Shown here piece after piece: positions 8,836 through 17,539 of a stretch of 39,758 nt of DNA. Below the pieces are notes generated by a model that did not search any database, was not told where the DNA came from, and was given only the letters and a program-made list of their open reading frames with translations. Position numbers and translations under genes: made by a program. The stretch spans positions 1-39,758 of the IMG/VR virus record IMGVR_UViG_3300020723_000011; one strand, 5' to 3'. Positions within the stretch are counted from its first letter, which is position 1; each line of letters opens with the position of its first letter. The DNA comes from a virus (taxonomy: Duplodnaviria; Caudoviricetes).

Positions 8836-8982
8836 ATGGCTTTCACGCTGACTCCACCTGCAATACCGACCTACGCGGCGTTTCCGACTGTGCCGACTGA
8901 CCCACCCGGTCAGCCAGTGCAAATCCCGGTAGTGACGGCTATCCCGGTGTATGCGCCAATTGACGCAACGCCTCAAATGTGA
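8836..8982 (+). CDS. Small Pro-rich protein, 48 aa (MAFTLTPPAIPTYAAFPTVPTDPPGQPVQIP...)
   Basis: ATG 2 nt after the previous stop; GTGA overlap with the next gene. Confidence 0.6.
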   Translation: MAFTLTPPAIPTYAAFPTVPTDPPGQPVQIPVVTAIPVYAPIDATPQM

Positions 8983-9389
8983 ATGCGAAAGTAGTCCAAA
9001 CGGGCGAGCCAATCACGGCTCGTTCCGTGTCATGGTTTTGGCACAAGCGCATCTACGTGGGCACCAAGTTCACCGACTTGCCGCCGCGCGTGAAGATGGC
9101 TGTGCTGGCGCATGAATTTGCCCACTGTGAGGGCCACCACACCGAATGGCGTGCGCTCGCGCTGCTGTGCCCATTTCTCATAAAGTGGCTTTGCCATTGG
9201 CAGGAATACCGCGCCGACGCCTACGTCGCCAGGTGTGGCTTTGGGCCTGAGCTTCTTTGGTTTTTGCGCGATGAGAGCAAGGGCTCGACCACGCATCCAC
9301 AAAATTACTTGCGCCGTCAAAAATTGGTGCATAATAAATTTTTCGCACAGCCCCCGTTAAGGGCTAACACTGACGCACTGTTGGCGTAA
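8979..9389 (+). CDS. Minimal M48-like (HtpX/Ste24-type) zinc metallopeptidase
   Basis: AVLAHEFAH (HExxH), then a hydrophobic segment, QEYRAD (third zinc ligand, ExxAD) and THP...R, the M48 signature order. Confidence 0.8.
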   Translation: MNAKVVQTGEPITARSVSWFWHKRIYVGTKFTDLPPRVKMAVLAHEFAHCEGHHTEWRALALLCPFLIKWLCHWQEYRADAYVARCGFGPELLWFLRDESKGSTTHPQNYLRRQKLVHNKFFAQPPLRANTDALLA

Positions 9390-9406
9390 CCAACTAGGAG
9401 ATAGAG

Positions 9407-10186
9407 ATGAAATTGTGGTACTTTTTGCTTTTGTTGAAGGCATATTTTTCCCCTGCGGTCGATGACGACTTTGCTCCGGACGATGATACGCCCCCGCCTG
9501 ACGACGATACCCCGCCTGACGACGATGACGACACGCCCCCTCCGGACGATGACGACGACACACCGCCCCCTGACGACGATGAGCCAGCCCCTGCGCCGCG
9601 TATTAGCCGGGCTCAGAAGGCAATCATTGACGCCCGTACCCGTGCTCAGGCAGCCGAGCGGGAGCTTGCAGAAGCTCGTGCAGAACTAGCCTTATCACGC
9701 CGTGCACCCCAGCAGCCAGCTACACCCTCTGCCGACCAAGTTCTTTGGCAGCAAGAGGAGGAGACTTTGCGCAACCCCGAGGCGACCGACTGGCAGAAAT
9801 ATGCCATTCAAGCCAACCGGGCCGCACGTTCCGCGAACACCAACTCTCAGAACGCCCTCCAGCGTGCCGAGGACTTGGCCGACAAAACATCGTTTGCAGC
9901 CGTGGCTTCCACAAAGCCGAAGCTGTACGCGGCGTACAAGGACCGTGTGGAGGACATGCTCAAGGACATGCGTAGCCGAGGTGCCAATGCGCCACGCGAG
10001 AAATTGCTGGCGATATTGGTGGGTGAGGACATGCTCTCGGGAAAATTGAAGCCTAGCAAGAGCGGAGGTACAAAACCCGCTGCCGCCCCGCGCGCCTCGG
10101 CCCGGTCAGACGTTCCTTCCTCCGGAAGCGGACGCATGAGCGAGCATGAAAAGCGTGCGAAGCGGCTTGAAAATGTTCGCATCTAG
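9407..10186 (+). CDS. Capsid scaffolding protein with hydrophobic N-terminal leader
   Basis: AGGAG SD; acidic Asp/Pro repeats, coiled coil, basic C-terminus; immediately before the major capsid gene. Confidence 0.8.
   Translation: MKLWYFLLLLKAYFSPAVDDDFAPDDDTPPPDDDTPPDDDDDTPPPDDDDDTPPPDDDEPAPAPRISRAQKAIIDARTRAQAAERELAEARAELALSRRAPQQPATPSADQVLWQQEEETLRNPEATDWQKYAIQANRAARSANTNSQNALQRAEDLADKTSFAAVASTKPKLYAAYKDRVEDMLKDMRSRGANAPREKLLAILVGEDMLSGKLKPSKSGGTKPAAAPRASARSDVPSSGSGRMSEHEKRAKRLENVRI
9475..9582 (+). repeat. Degenerate coding tandem repeat (PDDD(DD)TPP)n in the scaffold
   Basis: Repeated ccTGACGACGAT...ACGCCCCC units. Confidence 0.8.
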
Positions 10187-10196
10187 GAGTTACGCC

Positions 10197-11663
10197 ATGA
10201 AAACTGTTTACTTCGCCCTCATGGGCATCCTGTCCGGTATCGCCAGCGCATTTGGCAGCTACCTGTCCCCCGGTCTGACCAACTACAGCCCTGGCTCGTC
10301 TGGTCAAACCATCGCCAACGACATTGAGCTTCACATCCGCGAGGAAGTGTTGCGCATTGCCCAGCGCCAGCTTGTTGCCTACCAATTCGGCCAGCCGCTG
10401 AAACTGGAAAAGCAATCGGGCGTGCAGTACATCGCAACACGTTATGAGCGTTTACCCCTGCCGTTTGCGCCCCTGTCCGAAGGCGTTGCAGCCTCAGGTG
10501 AGTCCATCACGATTGCACAGGTTTCCGCTACTGCCCAGCAGTGGGGGGATTTGGTCCGCGTGACTGACGTTGCCGACATGACCATCAAGCACCCCCTGTT
10601 TAAACAGGCCATCCGCCTGATTGGTATCCAGCAGCCGGAAACCATCGAGCGCAACGTGTTCAACATCTTGTTGACCGGCACGCAGGTGAACTACGCAAAC
10701 AGCAAGGCCAACCGTGCGTCCCTGATTGCAACCGATGTGATGAGCCCCATCGAAATCGGCAAGATCGTCGGCGCGCTGGAAACCTTTGGTGCCCCCACCT
10801 TCAATGGTGACGACGCCATCGCAATGAAGCTCGACGCGGATTCCACAACCCGCTTCACCTCCAGCACCAAGTCCAAGGCCCCCAATGTGATGCCTCACTA
10901 CGTGTCTCTCGTGCACCCTCTGGTTGCGCAAGATTTGCGTCAGAACAGCACCATCGCCACGGCATGGTCCTACAGCGATTTGAACCGCCTGTATAACAAC
11001 GACCTTGGCGAGTGGGGCGGTGCGCGCTTCTGCAAGTCCAACATGATTCCGTACTGGACTGGCGTGGCTCAGATCAACGGTGCAGCCTCCACAACCGGTG
11101 GTGCACTGGCGACTGGTACCTACTACGTGCAGGTGACCGGCGCTCCGGCCGCGACCTCCGTTGAGCAGCGCATCTATCAGGTGTCCGCATCCATCTCTGT
11201 GACAGGCCCCACCGGCTCTATCAGCTTGACGATGCCAACTCTGGCAGGCTACGTGTTCAACGTGTACGTTGGTACCTCGGCTGCCCCGACCAACTTGGGC
11301 CTGTCCGCCTCTGGTCCCGCTACCGGCCCTCTGGCTGGCAACGCGACTCAGTTGGCCTCTGGCGCAACCGTTGTGGTGACCGGTATCGGCGCATCGCAAA
11401 CGCCTCCCGCAGCCCCTGCGACCGGCGTGACCGTGTTCCCCACGTTCTTCTTTGGCACCGACGCCTACGGCCAAGTGGTGCTCGATGACGTGGAGTACAA
11501 CTATCTGAGTCAAGCTGACAAGTCTGACCCCATGAACCAAACTCGTGTGGTTAGCTGGAAGATGATGTACGGTACGATCATTCTGAATAACGCTTACATG
11601 GCTCGTACCGAGTCCGGTAGCGCATTCAGTGCGACCTACACTGCCGGTACCGCCTCAGAATAA
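10197..11663 (+). CDS. Major capsid protein (N4-gp56-like family) with N-terminal leader and inserted beta-rich domain
   Basis: AGGAG SD before ATG 10197; PLSEGV, QQWGDLVRVTD, LVHP..AQDLR, DLGEWGGARF and DKSDPMNQ...WK motifs; followed by a terminator. Confidence 0.88.
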   Translation: MKTVYFALMGILSGIASAFGSYLSPGLTNYSPGSSGQTIANDIELHIREEVLRIAQRQLVAYQFGQPLKLEKQSGVQYIATRYERLPLPFAPLSEGVAASGESITIAQVSATAQQWGDLVRVTDVADMTIKHPLFKQAIRLIGIQQPETIERNVFNILLTGTQVNYANSKANRASLIATDVMSPIEIGKIVGALETFGAPTFNGDDAIAMKLDADSTTRFTSSTKSKAPNVMPHYVSLVHPLVAQDLRQNSTIATAWSYSDLNRLYNNDLGEWGGARFCKSNMIPYWTGVAQINGAASTTGGALATGTYYVQVTGAPAATSVEQRIYQVSASISVTGPTGSISLTMPTLAGYVFNVYVGTSAAPTNLGLSASGPATGPLAGNATQLASGATVVVTGIGASQTPPAAPATGVTVFPTFFFGTDAYGQVVLDDVEYNYLSQADKSDPMNQTRVVSWKMMYGTIILNNAYMARTESGSAFSATYTAGTASE

Positions 11664-11675
11664 TTCGGGGCCTTT

Positions 11676-11706
11676 GGTGGGGGTCTGATGGCTCCCACCC
11701 CTTTTT
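11676..11706 (+). terminator. Rho-independent terminator after the capsid gene
   Basis: Stem GGTGGGGGTC / GGCTCCCACC (two G-U pairs), loop TGAT, then CCTTTTT. Confidence 0.75.
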
Positions 11707-11718
11707 AGGAGAATCAAG

Positions 11719-12075
11719 ATGGACGAACAAGCTCAAACCCCTGCGCCTGAGACTCAGGCACCGGCCGCTCCAGTGGAGCCAACCACACCCGACCCTGCGC
11801 CTGAGACTGAGGCACCGGCCGCTCCAGTGGAGCCAACCACGCCCGACCCTGCGCCTGAGGCACCGGCCGCTCCAGTGGAGCCAACCACGCCCGACCCTGC
11901 GCCTGAGGCACCGGCCGAGAGCTTGCTCGACCAGCTTGAATCCGAGGCTGTGGAAGCCGCTCAGGAAGTCGTTACGGCTGCCGAGAACGTCATCCACGCC
12001 GTTGAGCGTCGGTCTTTTGGCCGACCATCCGCCGACCATCCGGTCACCGTTACCACCGTGTTTGGAGGCCAATAA
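11719..12075 (+). CDS. Acidic Pro/Ala/Glu repeat protein, 118 aa
   Basis: AGGAG SD; TAATG coupling to the next gene. Confidence 0.75.
   Translation: MDEQAQTPAPETQAPAAPVEPTTPDPAPETEAPAAPVEPTTPDPAPEAPAAPVEPTTPDPAPEAPAESLLDQLESEAVEAAQEVVTAAENVIHAVERRSFGRPSADHPVTVTTVFGGQ
11739..11917 (+). repeat. About 3.3 near-perfect tandem copies of a 48-54 bp coding unit (PAPE(TE)APAAPVEPTTPD)
   Basis: Direct repeats of CCCTGCGCCTGAG...GGCACCGGCCGCTCCAGTGGAGCCAACCAC. Confidence 0.95.
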
Positions 12076-12554
12076 TGGCTACCGCTGAAAAAGACTTGCT
12101 CGCGCAGATTGCCGAGTTGAAGGCCAAGCTGGCCGAGGCCGAGATTGCTAAGACCGAAGCTCAAGAGATGGCGACCAGCATTGCTGCCGCGTCGAGCTTC
12201 ATGGGCAGCGCCGAGGAGCAACCCACCGGCAACACAGTCACCATCAACGTCTGCCTCAATCCCGGCGAAAAGGATGAGCGCAAGCAGAAATTCAAGGATG
12301 TGGAGTTTCCCACGTTCTACTACACCATTGACATTCCCGCTGGCGCAGGCACCAACCTGATGACCAACGGGATTGCCTATTACCACGGTCAAACCTACGA
12401 GGTGGACCAAGCCACATTGGTGGATTTAAAGTCGCGTGTCGCCAGGTGCTGGGACCACGAAAAGTCAATCCACTCCGAGAATGAGAACGCTTACCGTAAA
12501 CCCACGGCCAAGCACCTCATGAGCCCCGCCGCCGCAGCCCGTGCACGGCATTAA
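12075..12554 (+). CDS. Hypothetical protein, 159 aa
   Basis: GGAGG SD; operon packing. Confidence 0.8.
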   Translation: MATAEKDLLAQIAELKAKLAEAEIAKTEAQEMATSIAAASSFMGSAEEQPTGNTVTINVCLNPGEKDERKQKFKDVEFPTFYYTIDIPAGAGTNLMTNGIAYYHGQTYEVDQATLVDLKSRVARCWDHEKSIHSENENAYRKPTAKHLMSPAAAARARH

Positions 12555-12578
12555 CCACCCGTAACCTGAGAGTCAAAA

Positions 12579-13004
12579 ATGACCGATAAACACCCGGCCC
12601 CCGCCGAATCCCCCCTTCACGGTGTTGCCGTCACTGGCAACTTCACCATCCAAGCCACGCTTCCCCAAGGCAAGCAGGTGACCTTTTCGGGCTACCTGTA
12701 CGAGGGTGAGTCCATCGAGTCCGTGAACCAGCGTGTGGACCTCCTGCACGATGCCATTGACCGCCAGCGCACCCGTGCCGAGATTCCCGAGCTTGAAATC
12801 GTGCTGGAGAACAGCATCAAGCGCCTTGACGAAATCAAGCAGCACTACGCGGTCCTCTTGCAAAAGAAGGCCCAAGGCGGCAAGGTGTCCACTCAGGAAA
12901 AGCAAGCGCTCGATGTGATGGACATTAACGTGAAAAAGCACGCTGACGACATTGAAGTTGGCCGTAGCAAGATCGCAGCGGCCCGTGCCGCAGTTGGAAA
13001 ATAA
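12579..13004 (+). CDS. Hypothetical coiled-coil protein, 141 aa
   Basis: Operon packing and codon usage. Confidence 0.8.
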   Translation: MTDKHPAPAESPLHGVAVTGNFTIQATLPQGKQVTFSGYLYEGESIESVNQRVDLLHDAIDRQRTRAEIPELEIVLENSIKRLDEIKQHYAVLLQKKAQGGKVSTQEKQALDVMDINVKKHADDIEVGRSKIAAARAAVGK

Positions 13005-13706
13005 ATGGCACTCACAGCAGCACAGATAGTCGCGGACGCTTTGGCAATTGCCAAGTGTCCCGGCTTCACAAGTCAGGGCGGACGGGCACTCAATCTCGTC
13101 CTCTCGGACTTGGTGCTGCATCGCAACCTCAAGGTCAATCTGGTCAGCACGACCATCCCTGTGACCGCCAACACCAATGGGCCATTTGCCCTTGAGGCCG
13201 ATTACCTGCGTACCTACGAGTTGATGTACTACATCAATGACCAGCCGTATTTCCTCCAACCATCCAACCGCAAGCAGTTCGACTCCGAGCCCAACAAAAG
13301 CACGACCAGCAACTACCCCTACGAGTGGGCAAGCGACCTGTCTCCTGAGGCCCTGAGCCCCAATACGCCGTCCGGCTTGCTCTACATCTACCCGCAGTCC
13401 AATACGGGCCTCACGCTCCAGCACCGCTACTTTGTGCAGCGCGCCGACATTACCACCCCCGAGACAAGCTCGACGGTGCCGTGGTTCAACGATCAGGACT
13501 ATCTCATTCAGGCTACGGCCACGCGCATGATGCGTATCACCGACGACACGCGCTATGACCGGTTTGAACAAATCTGTGAGAAAATGATTGGCGTCCACCT
13601 CGTCATGGAGGGGGATGAGCAGCAAGTGGTCAAAGAGGTGCAACTCGACCCCCGGCGTTTCCGCGTCGGCGGGTCACTCAGACCAACCAAAGTCGAACCG
13701 TATTAA
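13005..13706 (+). CDS. Head-tail adaptor protein (T7 gp11 / P22 gp4-like position)
   Basis: MALTAAQIVADAL N-terminus, LYIYP motif, size and synteny. Confidence 0.7.
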   Translation: MALTAAQIVADALAIAKCPGFTSQGGRALNLVLSDLVLHRNLKVNLVSTTIPVTANTNGPFALEADYLRTYELMYYINDQPYFLQPSNRKQFDSEPNKSTTSNYPYEWASDLSPEALSPNTPSGLLYIYPQSNTGLTLQHRYFVQRADITTPETSSTVPWFNDQDYLIQATATRMMRITDDTRYDRFEQICEKMIGVHLVMEGDEQQVVKEVQLDPRRFRVGGSLRPTKVEPY

Positions 13707-13715
13707 AGGTGCCCA

Positions 13716-15347
13716 ATGCCAATTCCCGAGAGTGCCGTACTGCGATTCACTGCGAAGGGATTGGCGGACGCATTTGACTCGACTGATACATTCCCCGGAG
13801 CCTGCCGCAAGCTCCAAAATCTCGTATTTGACCAGTCCAACCCCGAGTTGGTAATTGCGCGCCCCGGCGTGGATGGTGCCCTAACCTCATTTGCAGGATT
13901 CACCACTCCCGGCTTTATCAGCGTTCAAACCACCATTGGAACTCGCATCTACGGGATGGTTGCCACAGGGCTTACAGCCGGTGTAGATCAACCTTTTTGC
14001 TACGACTTGAGTACCTCTAGCTTTGTCGCAATCAGTGGGGTCACAGCAGGTAATTCCGAGGGCCGACCAGCGAGCCCGTCAACCAGTGGCCCGTGGGTAC
14101 CGCCAACATTGGCAGTCGTTGGAACATATTTGGTCATCACGCACCCCGGCTACGCAGGAACTGGCACTAAATTCTTTGGGCTCATAAATTTGAGCACTAT
14201 GACCTACAGCACTACGAACCTGGCGACTCATGCTTTGCCAAGCGTACCGACCGCAGTTGCTAATTTGAACAACCGTGCGTACTTTGTGTGCGGTAATGCA
14301 GCGTACTACAGTGACGTGCTTTTGCCGACCACGGCGACCAACGCGGGGCAATCACTAACGCTGGGCGACAATTCTCCCATAGTTGCCTTGTCAGGCTTGC
14401 CGGTGCAGACAACCAGCGGGGGTGTTATAAGCGCCTTGCTGGCCTTCAAGACTACCCAAATCTGGCAGGTGACAGGGGACGCCGCTGTGACCGGCTCACT
14501 GGCACTAAACTACCTATCCCTCAACATCGGCTCGGCCTGCCCACGCTCAATTTGCCCATCACCCCTCGGCACGTTTTTCGCAGGCCCTGACGCAGCCTAT
14601 GTTGTAACGGCAATGGGTGCCGTGGTGCCTGTGACCGGCGATATGGCTGGTCCGGGCTCAACCCCTCACCTACGCCAGCCATTCGGCTACGTTACCATCC
14701 CAACGCGCGTGGCGGGTGCATTTGCAGGCAACATTTATCGCATCTGTATGCCGACCATTATTGATGGGGTCACCGGCCTTTACGACTACTGGTTTGACAC
14801 TCGCAAGTTGCGATGGAATGGCCCTCACACTTTCAATTACGACTGCGTATCGTCAGCGGGAAATTATTTCATTGTCAGCGGTACCGGGTCAGGTGCAAAA
14901 CTGTTTGCATCAAACCCATTTCCCATTACCGGAACGGTCTACACCGACAATGGCCTCCAGTTTAACATTGACATGGTGAGCGCAGATTTGCCAAAGCATG
15001 ACGAGATGGCAATGAAGCAGGTTGTGGAGTCCACCATCGAGTTGTCATCAGTCGGCCCATCGGCCACTTATGGCATAACAGTCTATGATGATCAAGCCAA
15101 CTACATCATCTCAACGTCGATCACAACGGCTCAAAGCGGTGGGGTGTGGGGCGCAAATACTTGGGGTGACGGCTCACGCTGGCGCGGCTCACGCAACCAG
15201 CCGTACACTTACAAAATCAGTTGGCCCATTCCGTTGGTGTTCAATAAAATGGCAATCGAGGTGTCCTGTCCGGCAGGCCCGAGTATTTCAATTGGCACGT
15301 TCTTTGCTCGCGCGCAAAAGACGGGCTACACATTACAGCAGGCTTAA
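13716..15347 (+). CDS. Tail nozzle / stabilisation protein (T7 gp12 / P22 gp10-like)
   Basis: 543 aa, beta-propeller-like pattern; follows the adaptor. Confidence 0.7.
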   Translation: MPIPESAVLRFTAKGLADAFDSTDTFPGACRKLQNLVFDQSNPELVIARPGVDGALTSFAGFTTPGFISVQTTIGTRIYGMVATGLTAGVDQPFCYDLSTSSFVAISGVTAGNSEGRPASPSTSGPWVPPTLAVVGTYLVITHPGYAGTGTKFFGLINLSTMTYSTTNLATHALPSVPTAVANLNNRAYFVCGNAAYYSDVLLPTTATNAGQSLTLGDNSPIVALSGLPVQTTSGGVISALLAFKTTQIWQVTGDAAVTGSLALNYLSLNIGSACPRSICPSPLGTFFAGPDAAYVVTAMGAVVPVTGDMAGPGSTPHLRQPFGYVTIPTRVAGAFAGNIYRICMPTIIDGVTGLYDYWFDTRKLRWNGPHTFNYDCVSSAGNYFIVSGTGSGAKLFASNPFPITGTVYTDNGLQFNIDMVSADLPKHDEMAMKQVVESTIELSSVGPSATYGITVYDDQANYIISTSITTAQSGGVWGANTWGDGSRWRGSRNQPYTYKISWPIPLVFNKMAIEVSCPAGPSISIGTFFARAQKTGYTLQQA

Positions 15348-15348
15348 T

Positions 15349-17226
15349 ATGTCAATCATCGGAACATTCCCGGCCACTATCGCCAATGGTCAGGTCGAGG
15401 ACGCAACAGTCGTCATGAGCCTGTTTTCTTGGATTCAAGCTCAAACTAATGGCAATGCTTGCCCAGCCACAGTCGGCACGCTGATGCTCAAGGGTGACGG
15501 CTTTGGGGGCACCATCGGGGCCACAGACGGTACCGACTTTTTGAGTCCGACAACAGCTGCAACATCGGCCGTCTACACCCCAGCAGGCACAGGCTCCGTC
15601 CCTACCACAGTCCAAGCCAAGCTGCGGGAGAGTGTGAGTGTGCTGGACTTTATGACAGCAGCACAAGTTACCCAAGTGTTGACTCGTACAGGGTCGCTTG
15701 ATTTGTCTTCTGCACTTCAAACGGCAATTGACTATTTAGCCACAAAAAGTGGTGGAGAGATATTTTTTCCTGCTGGAACCTATCTATTTAAAACTGCTAT
15801 CAATTTAACTTCTGATAACTCTACCAGCAGAGCGTACATTCATTTGATAGGAACAGGCCAAGGCACGGTATTTAACGCTCAAACGGGAAGTAGGTTGTTT
15901 GACTGTATTGGTTCAAACTTTCTTACTTTTAGGGATTTTTATGTTGTTTCAGTAGGGGCAACACCAAGCATTATTGGCTGGCAGATCGCTCGTGGGCTTC
16001 AAGTTAATTATTGCCATTTCTTGCGAATTGAAGATGTTACTTGTGAGCTTCAAAGTATTCATACTGCTAACAATGGTTTTGGAACCATAGGTGTATTTAA
16101 TGCAGAAGGTGAAGATAACAGTTACATCAACGGTTATTTTGCAACCAATACTCCTTTAATGCTTACTCGTATTGGAGCCTTTCACGGGGTCACAATAACC
16201 TCCTATGTAGCTGTTTCTGTTACTTCGGTATCGTTTGGAATGCTTTCTTTTGGTGGAAAGACGACATTGCAAGCGTGGAATTATTGGTGTCCTGCATTGT
16301 TTATGGATGGGGTTAACTCTCTGTCTATGCCAAACGTCCACATGACAAGTAGTTTATCTCCTTGGGATAGTGATACAACAGGTACGAACGTGTGGGCAAT
16401 TGAAACGGGTTCTAGCTCACCTTGTTTTACTATTCAACATACGGGGCTAATTGAAACATTTGTTCGATATATGGCTATGGGTAACACTGTCCAAGCTATG
16501 AATGTTAATGTGTTTGTTGCTGCTAATGGTGCAACCACAAACGATTATATGATTGGTTTAGTTAACCACACTCTGATTGACTGTGATATTAAACTTATTA
16601 ATGGAGATGCAGGAACTGCGCGAAGAAATATAGTTTTAGGTACGGGTATTGTAAAAAACTGTAATTTAAATTTGTATGGGGGAATTAGAGGATTTCCAGC
16701 GGCTCTTGTGCCGGGTGTAATCAATACTAATTACACGACAGATCAGGTAGATATTTATTATGGGTATAACACAGCTAAAAATTCATTAAATATTGGAACT
16801 CCGATTAACGTAGCTGGTGGAGTAATCTTTTATTATTTGCCATTACCTGCTGTGGTTTCTGGAAATAATGCAGGGTTTGTTTCGGTTAAAGTGGATGGCA
16901 TCTTAACTACCTACGGAGTTGATACACAATCTGATGCTCCATGTGTTGCTAGAGTTACGGCTTATATTGATCTTGTTTCTACCAAAACTGGAACGTACAC
17001 TATTGGCACTCCTGTTACAACATTATCAACACCAATTGCAGGAAATGCTGGACAAGCGTTAATTACGTTGTTTACAGTTTCAGCAGCCATTGTCGGAAAC
17101 GTACTGCAACTTACAGGTACTGCACAAGGCACAGGAACAGGTGTCTATACTAATGGTATCCAACTTAGTGGTGATGTTAGTGTTTCTTGGAATGGGTTCT
17201 CGGCACAAGGCCCGGCGATTAATTAG
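15349..17226 (+). CDS. Tailspike / tail fibre with pectate-lyase-like beta-helix (putative depolymerase)
   Basis: Start at ATG 15349; YTPAGTGSVPTTVQAKLRESVSVLDF head, ALQTAID...GGEIFFPAGTY beta-helix entry; AT-rich distal part. Confidence 0.85.
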   Translation: MSIIGTFPATIANGQVEDATVVMSLFSWIQAQTNGNACPATVGTLMLKGDGFGGTIGATDGTDFLSPTTAATSAVYTPAGTGSVPTTVQAKLRESVSVLDFMTAAQVTQVLTRTGSLDLSSALQTAIDYLATKSGGEIFFPAGTYLFKTAINLTSDNSTSRAYIHLIGTGQGTVFNAQTGSRLFDCIGSNFLTFRDFYVVSVGATPSIIGWQIARGLQVNYCHFLRIEDVTCELQSIHTANNGFGTIGVFNAEGEDNSYINGYFATNTPLMLTRIGAFHGVTITSYVAVSVTSVSFGMLSFGGKTTLQAWNYWCPALFMDGVNSLSMPNVHMTSSLSPWDSDTTGTNVWAIETGSSSPCFTIQHTGLIETFVRYMAMGNTVQAMNVNVFVAANGATTNDYMIGLVNHTLIDCDIKLINGDAGTARRNIVLGTGIVKNCNLNLYGGIRGFPAALVPGVINTNYTTDQVDIYYGYNTAKNSLNIGTPINVAGGVIFYYLPLPAVVSGNNAGFVSVKVDGILTTYGVDTQSDAPCVARVTAYIDLVSTKTGTYTIGTPVTTLSTPIAGNAGQALITLFTVSAAIVGNVLQLTGTAQGTGTGVYTNGIQLSGDVSVSWNGFSAQGPAIN

Positions 17227-17234
17227 GAGCAGAC

Positions 17235-17309
17235 ATGACGGATAAAAAAATCTCTTACCTAACTTCGGCACTGCGATTTGTAACTAACAAAGCGCTATCG
17301 GAGAAATAA
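17235..17309 (+). pseudogene. 24-codon remnant (MTDKKISYLTSA...) of a probable second tail-fibre-type gene
   Basis: Strong AGGAG SD; the N-terminus resembles the M-x-D-K-K-I-S-x-L-T start of phage fibre proteins (from memory) but stops after 24 aa. Confidence 0.45.
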
Positions 17310-17531
17310 ATGAGTGATGACCAAATTGACCGCCGTGACTATGGTCGAATGGAGGCACAAGTCGAACAGTTGACGCAGGACGTGCACACACTCAAACTAA
17401 CGGTTGAAACCATGCGTGACATGATGCAGCAAGCCCAAGGGGGCTGGAAAACCATCATGTTGCTCGCCGGTATCGCATCGACCGTTGGCGCGCTTGTGGC
17501 GTGGTTTGCGGCCCATATCAAATTCTCATAG
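17310..17531 (+). CDS. Small coiled-coil protein with C-terminal TM helix (holin/antiholin-like)
   Basis: GGAG SD; one hydrophobic helix; directly before the endolysin. Confidence 0.7.
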   Translation: MSDDQIDRRDYGRMEAQVEQLTQDVHTLKLTVETMRDMMQQAQGGWKTIMLLAGIASTVGALVAWFAAHIKFS

Positions 17532-17539
17532 GTGACCCG

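Noticed and set aside
10146-10196. Track starts for capsid (10146), decoration (7988), tailspike (15085), endolysin (17501) and 18352
   Set aside because: Most overlap upstream genes or lack an SD; downstream ATGs with an SD or stop-start coupling fit better.
10494-13643. 348-aa and 356-aa minus-strand ORFs
   Set aside because: Antisense shadows of the capsid and adaptor-region genes.
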